Origin: an uncultured Methanobacteriaceae archaeon
GTDB taxonomy: Archaea > Methanobacteriota > Methanobacteria > Methanobacteriales > Methanobacteriaceae
Assembly: GCA_963814425.1 (NCBI GenBank)
Contig: CAWFCP010000017.1
Coordinates: forward strand, 278,398 to 310,397
Direction of reading: 5' to 3'
DNA length: 32,000 nucleotides
Part shown: in pieces, positions 9,187 through 17,711 of the stretch
Position numbering within the stretch: the first letter of the stretch is position 1
Layout of the letters: every line of letters begins with the position of its first letter
The notes under the pieces: generated by a model
The model's database searches: none
Told to the model about the DNA's origin: nothing
Seen by the model: only the letters and a program-made list of their open reading frames with translations
Translations under genes and position numbers: made by a program

Positions 9187-10638
9187 TTATTTATCAATTG
9201 ATCTTCTTCTTTGAGCCCGGTATTCATCTACTAACTCTAGAAGCTTTTTTTTATCCTCTTTTTTTCTCTGGTTTTTTACATGTTTTGTCCATTTTTCAAT
9301 TTCCCTTTCCAAAGTTTTATAGTTTACAATGGCAAAATCGTGCATATAGTTCATTTCAACGCTACTTGCAGATATTACTGGCACCATACTCTCTTCAAAT
9401 ATATTCTCTGCTGGATCAGAAATTTTGTCCATTGTTATAACCGCTCTAACTCCAAGATTGGTTATCATCGATGCAGTTTGTGATCCACCACCCTCAGAAA
9501 TTTTTAAAAGAACCACATCATCGCCTTTAATCTTCCACCTATCACTAGCTTCCTTTATACCCTCCTTAGTGAAGGATTCGATGATTTTAACGGGAACTGC
9601 GTTTTCAGATATTTCCAGAGCTTTAATATCCTTTTTAGACTTGAGTTTCTGTTCCAGTTGGGATCTTTTGGCCCTTTCACTTGAATATTTTTCCTGAAGA
9701 CGTTTTATCATGGCTATCTTCGAAGCTAGCTCCCTCTTTTGAAGAATTTTCTTGGTGTATTCGTAATGAAGTTTGTCCACCTTCGACTGTAGTTTAGATA
9801 TTTCCTCCTGGTAATTCCGATTTTCGTCCTCGAGGAGTAGATTTTTCCGTTTTAAATTGTCAATATACCTTTTTTGAGATTTTAATTTATTTTTTAATTT
9901 GGATACAGTGTCAGAATTTAATTTTTTGTTTTCTTCACGATCTGAAACTTCTAAAATATGTTCATCAATATCTGACTCTTCAAATGATTTGGATTTTATT
10001 CCAGGTTTTGACAGATTTTTCTTTTCAATTTTAGATTTATCTGTCTTCTGTATATTCAAATAATCAGAATCAGTATTTTTTCTGTCTTGAAATATTTGTT
10101 CTATTGCATTACTGATTGAAGTCCCATTTATAACCCGTGTTTTAACTGATTCAACTTCGTAAGGAGATAATTCTGATTTTTCGGAACGTTTTTCTATCTG
10201 TCTGAATTTATTAAGATGATCCCTGTAGGTTTTAACAGCAGCTGCGAGTGCATCCCTCTCATGCGCATTTTGAGGAATTTCCTGTATACTATCCCTGTTT
10301 GTATCCTGCAAAAATGAATCAACAATATCTATCTTGGATTCAACCGACATACTCCTATAAGGAGACCATATTTTAGAATTTAAAGTTGATGCAAGTTTTC
10401 TAACAGTTTTTGGAGGAGGATAAACATCTGTAGCTACCAGAACAGTAATTCCATATTCTATTATATGGCTCACTATTTCTGACCTTCTGATTTCCTTAAA
10501 ACTTTCAAGAGAAATCAGGTTTCCCTGCAGGTCCAATATTGCAATTCCAACAGTCAGTCCGGGATCGAATCCAACTATGATTGGCCTGTGTGATTTATGG
10601 ATTCTTTCTGTCTTTAAAAATAAATCTGAATCTTTCAT
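9187..10638 (-). CDS. DUF460 / COG2433 protein: N-terminal RuvC/RNase-H-like domain, long K/E-rich coiled coil, conserved C-terminal domain
   Basis: 483-aa ORF. IVGFDPGLTVGIAILD, LVATDV and NAHERDALAAA resemble the acidic catalytic set of RuvC/YqgF-fold nucleases. Residues ~170-340 are heptad-like and K/E/L-rich. Confidence 0.7.
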   Translation of the reverse strand: MKDSDLFLKTERIHKSHRPIIVGFDPGLTVGIAILDLQGNLISLESFKEIRRSEIVSHIIEYGITVLVATDVYPPPKTVRKLASTLNSKIWSPYRSMSVESKIDIVDSFLQDTNRDSIQEIPQNAHERDALAAAVKTYRDHLNKFRQIEKRSEKSELSPYEVESVKTRVINGTSISNAIEQIFQDRKNTDSDYLNIQKTDKSKIEKKNLSKPGIKSKSFEESDIDEHILEVSDREENKKLNSDTVSKLKNKLKSQKRYIDNLKRKNLLLEDENRNYQEEISKLQSKVDKLHYEYTKKILQKRELASKIAMIKRLQEKYSSERAKRSQLEQKLKSKKDIKALEISENAVPVKIIESFTKEGIKEASDRWKIKGDDVVLLKISEGGGSQTASMITNLGVRAVITMDKISDPAENIFEESMVPVISASSVEMNYMHDFAIVNYKTLEREIEKWTKHVKNQRKKEDKKKLLELVDEYRAQRRRSIDK

Positions 10639-10740
10639 ACCATCTGAACTTATATTCCTATAAACCAGGTGATTTCCTCCATATGTGTATTTACATCTTT
10701 ATATATGGCCCACATAGTACTTATGGTTTACTGGGCATTT

Positions 10741-11559
10741 CTAAGGGGCAGTTAAAACTTTAATCATTTCTTCTTCTACCGCGGCAATAGTTTTTCTGTT
10801 GATATATTCCTCTTTAAGTGTTTTGAAGAAGTTATTTTTGGCATATTGATCACCGGAAAACTCAACATTCTTATACTTTACATCCATTAGTATAAGTCCT
10901 TCCGGAGGTACAGGAGTTATTGAAGTAGAAATATCCGGGTTTAACAGGAGTTTAATTTCATTTTCTTCAATTTCTTCCCTTCCAACCATGGTTATCACCA
11001 TCACCATCTTCCGGACCATGTTCCAAAGGAAACTTTCACCTACAACATCGATGATGATGAAACTGCCCCTTTTAGAAATCTTCAACTCCTTAACCGTTCG
11101 AATAGGTGCTCTTTCGCATCTTTTTGTGAAGTTCTGAAAGTTGTGGGTGCCTTCTAAAATCTTCGATGCACTTTCAATCTTCTTCAGGTTCAAAACTTGG
11201 CCATCGTAGGGATCGTTGAAAAAAACATATCTGTAATGCCTGTGTTCTGCAAATCTTGGTTTGAATCCATCCGGAACCTCAGCTTTGCCAATGATCTGGA
11301 TACTTGGAGGTAAATAATAATTTATTTGGTTAATAGTTGCATTAGAATCTGTTTTTAAAGATACAACATTTCCAAGTGCGTGTACTCCTCTGTCTGTTCT
11401 ACCTGCTATTGAATAGTTGGACCTGGCAGGATCATCCATTACACCTGCCCTTTTAAATGCTCTGAATAGTTCTCCCTCCACTGTGGGCAGATCGGGTTGC
11501 CTCTGAAAACCATGGAAGTCTGTACCAATGTAAGCCAACTTAAAAGCTGTTTTAACCAT
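10741..11559 (-). CDS. truA: tRNA pseudouridine(38-40) synthase
   Basis: 272-aa ORF with YIGTDFHGFQRQP and the catalytic motif GRTDRGVHALGNVVS. An AGAGGT RBS is present. Confidence 0.9.
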   Translation of the reverse strand: MVKTAFKLAYIGTDFHGFQRQPDLPTVEGELFRAFKRAGVMDDPARSNYSIAGRTDRGVHALGNVVSLKTDSNATINQINYYLPPSIQIIGKAEVPDGFKPRFAEHRHYRYVFFNDPYDGQVLNLKKIESASKILEGTHNFQNFTKRCERAPIRTVKELKISKRGSFIIIDVVGESFLWNMVRKMVMVITMVGREEIEENEIKLLLNPDISTSITPVPPEGLILMDVKYKNVEFSGDQYAKNNFFKTLKEEYINRKTIAAVEEEMIKVLTAP

Positions 11560-11736
11560 TTAAATACCTCTAATATAATTGCCTGTTCTTTTTGTATTGG
11601 ATTACCATAATTATAATCGTTCAAAAACTCATTGTTATTCGATATAAATTTATATCGTTTTAATCCCATTTAATTCAATAAGGATTTACCAACATCCATC
11701 CATATATTACTTTGATTCAAATCATGAAACATCATT

Positions 11737-12697
11737 ATGGATTATTTTAGGGCGTTTATGGTAATGAAAGATAAAGTGGGGTTTTCAGATGTAAATTGGG
11801 GATATATCAGTGTGTTCGCTGCTACAATCCTTTTTGGTATATGGAACACCTTCAGCAAGATTTTACTCCAAGACCTAGATCCCCTTGCACTTTCTGCACT
11901 TGTATACTGCATAGCCGGTGTTTTTCTCTTTTCTGTTCGATTTTCGGGTTTTAACCAGAAATTAATGGGGTTGCTTGATTCTAATTCTGAAGCTGAAACC
12001 TTCATGTCCCGTAAGGATTATGCAATACTCATAACAACTGCAACTGCAGGTTCGGTTATTGCACCAATAATATACCTGAATGGATTGAAGGATATTACAG
12101 CTGTTAACGCATCACTATTAATGAATGCCGAGGTACTCTTCATAATAGTCATAGGGATTCTTATTCTCAAGGAGAAGCTTCCAGAAAAGGGAAGGGGTTG
12201 GCTTAATCCTTCTGCTCATCGGGACAATATTTCTTGCAACCAACGGAGATGTAAATAATTTTTCGGTTACACAGACGTTTGGAACGCTGCTAGTGATAAT
12301 TGCAGCCTTTTTCTGGAGTATAGACACTACCCTGAGCAAATTTTTAAGCAACAAAAGGGATCTGCTCTGGATCAGTGCTGTTAAATGCTCAATTGGCGGG
12401 TTAATACTCCTCATTCTATCTCTTTTACTCGGTTTGAACCTCACTGTTCCCCTGAACCATCTTCCCTACCTGCTGTTCATAGGACTTGTTAGTATAGGAT
12501 TCTCCTTCGTAATGATCTACTATGCTATAAGAAAAATAGGTTCAACAAGAACTGGTTCCATATTTCCCTTGTCATCCTTATTTGGCGCCATATTTGCATT
12601 TTTAATACTAAAAGAGCCTTTCACATTTATGCAGTTTTTATTCGGTATTTTAATGCTCTTAGGAGTGTTCATTATCTACAAATATCAGGAAAAATGA
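11737..12697 (+). pseudogene. EamA/DMT-family permease, split by a frame change
   Basis: The pieces are 11737..12258 and 12293..12697. The second frame is already open from 12155 and reads EGVGLILLLIGTIFLATNG..., which continues the first EamA repeat. The two halves correspond to the two EamA repeats. Candidate slip sites are G4 at 12194-12197 and A4 at 12185-12188. Confidence 0.75.
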
Positions 12698-12766
12698 ATA
12701 TAAAAAATTTTAAATCGCATTATTAATCTAAAATGGATCAAAACTGGGTATTGATTGAAAATTGTA

Positions 12767-13969
12767 TCATCTAACCGGAATTAAACCAGGACTATCACCG
12801 GTTATGCATTCTCCCCCTCTGGAAGTTACTATGAATGTGTTTTCGATTCCAACCATTCCAATATTTTTAATTCCCTTTTTAGGTTCAATTGCAAATACCA
12901 TCCCTTCTTGAAGTGGTTCTTTGAATCCCTTTGCAATTACTGGAATTTCATCGATTAATAAACCTATTCCATGACCCAAGAAGTTTACCTTGCGTTTACC
13001 AAAGCCCATGAAATTTTCTAAAAAATCATTGTCAAGAGTTTTCATAATTGTACTATATATCTCCGATGGTAATTCACCAGGTTTTAGCATAGATGCAACT
13101 TTATTTTGTATATCCACGCATTTATTGTGGATATCTAAAGCATATTCTGGTAGTGATTCACCGTACATGTAGGTCATGGTTTTATCTGTATTATAACCCT
13201 CAAATCCACAGCCAATATCTACAAAAACCAGATCCCCCCTCTTCAACTTTCTGTCACGGCTTCCTATGAGGGGTACAGCGGGACTCATACCGTAATTTCC
13301 ACCGGGTCCGTTAAAATATGTTGGATATATTGAACTTTCACCAAATCCTATCTGCCCCAAAAACATCTCTGTATCGAACATTCCGAAACGGGTTACTCCA
13401 TGGTGACCCTCCTTAATCATTACCCTGAATAGTTCTGATGCCAGATCTGCTTCGCTCATCCCTTCGTGTAACATCTCAGGAACCATATCTTCCAGTACAT
13501 GCTGATGAATTTTGCCTGCTTTCCTCATCAAAGATAATTCATATTCACTTTTTACTGCCCTGACAGCTGCAATTACAAGATCTAGGGATTTAAAATTGTT
13601 GAATGGAAAGTGTTTATTAAATCTTTGGTATAATGCCATAGGAACCACTTCTGTTTCCAGATGGACAGTACCTGGTAACTTATCTAAATTTTTTGCAGCA
13701 TCACGAAAACTGTTCATAGGTTTAATTACCCTAAATAATGATTCATCCAGCGCTCTTTCGTAACTTCGCCTAACCCAAAATGTTTCTCCTTCATCTTTGG
13801 ATATTATCAGCATTCCATCCTGCATGGTCCCTGTGAAGTAGTATAGATTTATTTTGCTGAAAATAACTGCTATCTCCCATCCAGGATTTGAACTATCCAT
13901 AACAGTTCTGAATTGTTTCATACGATTATCCAGTTCGGTTAAAGCTATTTTTTTCATCATCGGCCCCAT
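12767..13969 (-). CDS. M24-family metallopeptidase (Xaa-Pro aminopeptidase / prolidase-like, with a creatinase-type N-domain)
   Basis: 400-aa ORF. The metal-ligand motifs are [30 protein letters not shown] and GIENTF. The start is ambiguous among three ATGs at 13957-13969. Confidence 0.8.
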   Translation of the reverse strand: MGPMMKKIALTELDNRMKQFRTVMDSSNPGWEIAVIFSKINLYYFTGTMQDGMLIISKDEGETFWVRRSYERALDESLFRVIKPMNSFRDAAKNLDKLPGTVHLETEVVPMALYQRFNKHFPFNNFKSLDLVIAAVRAVKSEYELSLMRKAGKIHQHVLEDMVPEMLHEGMSEADLASELFRVMIKEGHHGVTRFGMFDTEMFLGQIGFGESSIYPTYFNGPGGNYGMSPAVPLIGSRDRKLKRGDLVFVDIGCGFEGYNTDKTMTYMYGESLPEYALDIHNKCVDIQNKVASMLKPGELPSEIYSTIMKTLDNDFLENFMGFGKRKVNFLGHGIGLLIDEIPVIAKGFKEPLQEGMVFAIEPKKGIKNIGMVGIENTFIVTSRGGECITGDSPGLIPVR

Positions 13970-14166
13970 AATAAAGTTTACTTCATATTACAGATAAAAA
14001 GTCATTAAAAATTATACCTTTGAATAGATATAAAGTTTCTTTAAAGAATAAAAATGATATGTGACAAAAGTGAAAAGAAAATCAATAAAAGTTACATTCA
14101 AAGATTATTAAGATGTTTCGATCTTGATTAATCTCAAAAAAAGTTTTCCTCAGGAGGGATGCTTAG

Positions 14167-14889
14167 ATGTTAATAATACCTGCTGTTGATATAAAAAACG
14201 GTAAATGTGTGCAGTTAGTCCAGGGAAAACCTGGAACAGAACAAGTTGTTATAGAAAACCCTGAACTGGTAGCAGAAGGATGGGAAAACAAAGGTGCGGA
14301 AATACTACATGTTATAAACCTTGATGGGGCGTTTGGAAACAGCTCAAAAAACTTAGAAGTGGTAGAAAAAATCCTTAAGACTGTTTCAATACCAGTGCAG
14401 CTTGGAGGAGGTATAAGAACCATCAAAGATGCTGTAAATCTCCTGGAACTAGGTATTGAAAGGGTAATTTTAGGGACCATGGCAGTGGAATCCCCTGAAA
14501 ATGTTGAATTATTATCAAAGGAATTTGGAAGAGACAGAATCCTTGTTGCACTAGACAGCAAGGATTCCAGGGTTGTTGTTAAGGGATGGACAGAAAAAAC
14601 AAAACAAACTGCACCAGAACTGGGTATTTCCCTCCAAAAAAAAGGTGCAGGCGGTATACTGTTCACAAATGTGGACGTTGAAGGACTTATGAATGGCTTC
14701 AATATGGATCCTCTTTTAGAACTTTTAAATGCCGTTGAAATTCCGGTTATTTATTCTGGAGGAGTTACATCAATAAAAGATGTTGAAAAACTGAGTAAAA
14801 CAAATACCTATGGGGTTGTAATTGGTTCAGCATTATACAAGGGGAAAATAAACTTTGAAGACACTCTTAAATATCAGAATCCCCTGTAA
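14167..14889 (+). CDS. hisA: ProFAR isomerase (1-(5-phosphoribosyl)-5-[(5-phosphoribosylamino)methylideneamino]imidazole-4-carboxamide isomerase)
   Basis: 240-aa ORF with [33 protein letters not shown] and a C-terminal SGGV phosphate site. An AGGAGGGA RBS is present. Confidence 0.9.
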   Translation: MLIIPAVDIKNGKCVQLVQGKPGTEQVVIENPELVAEGWENKGAEILHVINLDGAFGNSSKNLEVVEKILKTVSIPVQLGGGIRTIKDAVNLLELGIERVILGTMAVESPENVELLSKEFGRDRILVALDSKDSRVVVKGWTEKTKQTAPELGISLQKKGAGGILFTNVDVEGLMNGFNMDPLLELLNAVEIPVIYSGGVTSIKDVEKLSKTNTYGVVIGSALYKGKINFEDTLKYQNPL

Positions 14890-14921
14890 AAGACGTTCTT
14901 AAAGCGAGACCCTCTGATACC

Positions 14922-16166
14922 TCACCGCAGATTATCTGAGAAATTCTTGAGTACAATCCCATTTTCTGTTCTGTACACGAACTTCCTCATTTTAAGTATC
15001 TGGTCGGGATTTGTTGATATTGAGCTTATGCCATAGCCAATCAACTTCTCCACAATTTCTGGATCGGATGCTGCATGTCCACATATACAACTTTCTATAC
15101 CCATATCATTGCACTGTAATATGATCATCTTCACCAGTCTTAAAACTGCGGGATGCAGGAGGTCGAAGTGTTTGGCAACCCTTACACCCCTTCTATCCAC
15201 TGCAAGGGTACACATAGTAAGATCACTCATCCCAATACTTGCAAAATCAATTCCATTCTCAATGAATTCATCCAAGGTCAGAACAGCTGATGGTGTTTCA
15301 ATCGAAGCCCCAACATGAAGATCCTTGTGTGGTTTGATTCCGCTCTCATTCATGATCTCTTTAGCTCGAATGTACTCTGAAACATCCCTGATAAATGGTA
15401 TTTTAACTGCAATATTGTCATATCCCTCATCCAGAAGGTTTCTCACGGCTTTGAACTCTGACTTCAATACATCAACGTTGTTAATATCTTTGTATATGCC
15501 TCTGAATCCCAATAAAGGATTAGCTTCTTCAAGTTCAATTTCTCCCCCATCCAAACGTTTCAATTCATCGGTTGCTATATCAAATGTTCTGAACCATACT
15601 GGTTTAGGATAAAAAGCTTCAACTATCTTCCTAACCTCTTCAGTTATAACATCGGTTAACCTACCTTCATCAAGAAGTTTTTGAGGATGTTTACCCCGGT
15701 GTATTACCATATTCTCAATTCTAATGGAACCAACACCATCTGCAAAGGGTGCTGTCATTTCTGCAAGTTCAGGAACGTTGATATTTACCTTTATAGCAGT
15801 TGAAGGATTATAAACTTCAAAAAAATCAGTTTTATCCTCAATTTCTATAAATCCCCCATATATGTTGCCAGTATTACCATCAACAGTCACTAACATTCCA
15901 TCTTCAAGGATCTGTGTGGCATTTTCTGTACCCACAATACATGGAACTCGCATTTCCCTTAAAACTATCGCCACATGGCTAGTTATTCCCCCATAATCTG
16001 TTACAACTCCAACCGCATTTTGAAGATGTGAAAGCATATCCCTGGATGCCCTGGATACAACAACAATTTTTCCATTCACATCCTCTGGATCATAGGCACC
16101 TTCAAGCACTTTTACTTCTCCCACCCCAATATAAGGACTTGTGCCTATCCCTTTAAGTAGTATCAT
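14922..16166 (-). CDS. PEP-utilizing enzyme with only the phosphohistidine swivel domain and the PEP/pyruvate TIM-barrel domain (a PpsA-like protein lacking the N-terminal ATP-grasp nucleotide-binding domain)
   Basis: 414-aa ORF. The GGITSHVAIVLREMRVPCIVG phosphohistidine motif is near the N-terminus. SIGMSDLT and the catalytic-Cys region CICGHAAS lie in the C-terminal barrel. Only 96 bp separate its start from the divergent gene, so there is no room for a missing N-domain. Confidence 0.8.
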   Translation of the reverse strand: MILLKGIGTSPYIGVGEVKVLEGAYDPEDVNGKIVVVSRASRDMLSHLQNAVGVVTDYGGITSHVAIVLREMRVPCIVGTENATQILEDGMLVTVDGNTGNIYGGFIEIEDKTDFFEVYNPSTAIKVNINVPELAEMTAPFADGVGSIRIENMVIHRGKHPQKLLDEGRLTDVITEEVRKIVEAFYPKPVWFRTFDIATDELKRLDGGEIELEEANPLLGFRGIYKDINNVDVLKSEFKAVRNLLDEGYDNIAVKIPFIRDVSEYIRAKEIMNESGIKPHKDLHVGASIETPSAVLTLDEFIENGIDFASIGMSDLTMCTLAVDRRGVRVAKHFDLLHPAVLRLVKMIILQCNDMGIESCICGHAASDPEIVEKLIGYGISSISTNPDQILKMRKFVYRTENGIVLKNFSDNLR

Positions 16167-16262
16167 ACATTTCTTACTTTATTTTTTGTAGTAGAAATAT
16201 TTTGGGTTTTATTAATTGTCTTTAGAAGAGTTTAAATACCTCCTAATCATACGTTAAAGATC
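16167..16262. promoter_or_regulatory. 96-bp divergent promoter spacer (PEP-utilizing enzyme / MurT-like ligase)
   Basis: A TTTAAATA box at 16231-16238 lies ~25 nt before the ATG at 16263, implying a leaderless or near-leaderless mRNA for the ligase. AAAATATTT and AAAAAATAAAG boxes lie on the other strand. Confidence 0.35.
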
Positions 16263-17711
16263 ATGGGACTATCTGGAAAAATAAGGTGTAAAACCGCTAA
16301 GTTATCGGGAAAATTGGCAAAACATCTGGTAAAAGCGGGTAGCGGTATGGGTAAAAGCTTTCCAGGATACCTCTACCTAAGAATAGGATCAAGTACCTGT
16401 TTAAAGGAACTTGCAAAACAGCCAAGGATTGGAAGCATCATAATAACTGGCACCAATGGAAAAACAACAACAACCAAGTTAACCAGCATGCTTTTAGAAA
16501 AAGATACGCATATATCCTATAATTACGATAGCAACACCTTGAACGCCATAACAACAGGATTGCTCAGCAATAATATTGATCTGGGAGTTTTTGAGTATGG
16601 AATACGTGACCTGAGCCATGCCATTCCGGACGAAGTATGTAGATTGATACAACCAGTTGGGGTTGTTTACACCAACGTTTCCAGGGAGCATTCTATTGTT
16701 GCAGGAGTTTCAAACCCCTTTGAAAGTTATTTAAATGCCAAAGAACTTTTAAGTGCCCCCATGAAAAGGGGAATATTAATATGTAATGCAGACGACCCAC
16801 GAACAGTATACATTGGGAAGAGAAAGGAAGCAGACACTCAAGTAACATATTTCGGCATGGAAATTGACCTTGATGATGAGGCATCATCAGACATCGAGGT
16901 TAGCTGTCCAATGTGTTCAGGCAAGCTGGAATATACAAAAAGGTACTCTAATCACAGAGGAATATTTAAATGCAGTTGCGGCTTTGAAAGGCCAAAACCT
17001 GATCTCAGGCTAACAGACCTTACAAAAAAATTTGATGAATGGACAGTTAAAATTGAGGGTAATCTTTATAACTACCCCACCAATAGTATGGTTCCTTTGA
17101 TTTTAAACTTGAAAACTCCTGCATTTGGTCTTTATAATCTTTACAATCTACTTTGTGCTGTAACAACCTATGCATCGTTCACACCAAAACCAGAAGAGAT
17201 CGAAAATACAGTTAAATCTGTTTCTAAAACATTAGATATCACCATATTACCTCCGGGCAGATTTGAACTGATGAAAATAAACGGTAAATTGATAGGAATG
17301 GGCCAAGGAGATAATGGAGATGCCCTTAAGGCGAATATACAGTTTATGGAGGATTATATAGAGGATGATGATCTTGGATTTATCTACACCACTCCAGACG
17401 AAGGTGAAGATGATATATTTGAAGACCATCTGAAGGCGCTGATCTCTTCAAACCCTAAAAAAGTTTATGTAGTACCTGGAAGAACCTCGGTTAAAGCCGG
17501 CAAAGAATACTATGAAAAAATCCATGAGTTAGTTGACGCAGAATTTTATCCCCTAGCATACACAGAGATGGAACAACGGAGAAAAAAGATCATTGAATTG
17601 ATCCAAGACTCTCCCTACAGTTATACAATTGTTTCAGGATGCGGTCCTGAACATTACATGTGGGCCGAACTCAAATCCGAACTTAAAAGATCAAACAGCA
17701 AATCTTTCTAA
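16263..17711 (+). CDS. MurT-like Mur-ligase family protein with an inserted Cys4 zinc ribbon; function unresolved (pseudomurein peptide modification, or another carboxylate-activating role)
   Basis: 482-aa ORF. It has the P-loop ITGTNGKTTTT and a Mur central domain (YTNVSREH). The ribbon CPMCSGKLEYTKRYSNHRGIFKCSCGFERPKPD closely mirrors the bacterial MurT ribbon pattern (CPxCGxxLxY...C..CGFxRP). The N-terminus also aligns with the MurT start as I recall it. The acidic C-terminal domain diverges from the MurT DUF1727 motifs. Confidence 0.7.
   Translation: MGLSGKIRCKTAKLSGKLAKHLVKAGSGMGKSFPGYLYLRIGSSTCLKELAKQPRIGSIIITGTNGKTTTTKLTSMLLEKDTHISYNYDSNTLNAITTGLLSNNIDLGVFEYGIRDLSHAIPDEVCRLIQPVGVVYTNVSREHSIVAGVSNPFESYLNAKELLSAPMKRGILICNADDPRTVYIGKRKEADTQVTYFGMEIDLDDEASSDIEVSCPMCSGKLEYTKRYSNHRGIFKCSCGFERPKPDLRLTDLTKKFDEWTVKIEGNLYNYPTNSMVPLILNLKTPAFGLYNLYNLLCAVTTYASFTPKPEEIENTVKSVSKTLDITILPPGRFELMKINGKLIGMGQGDNGDALKANIQFMEDYIEDDDLGFIYTTPDEGEDDIFEDHLKALISSNPKKVYVVPGRTSVKAGKEYYEKIHELVDAEFYPLAYTEMEQRRKKIIELIQDSPYSYTIVSGCGPEHYMWAELKSELKRSNSKSF

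Noticed and set aside
9700-10100. A/T-rich, repetitive-looking DNA that could be taken for a tandem repeat or CRISPR-like array.
   Set aside because: It encodes the K/E-rich coiled coil of the DUF460 protein in an uninterrupted reading frame. There are no unit repeats of fixed length and no spacers.
11439-11669. A 76-aa ORF overlaps the truA start and its promoter.
   Set aside because: It overlaps the truA 5' end in another frame on the same strand. It has no motif and no RBS. The region is better explained as the truA promoter and leader.
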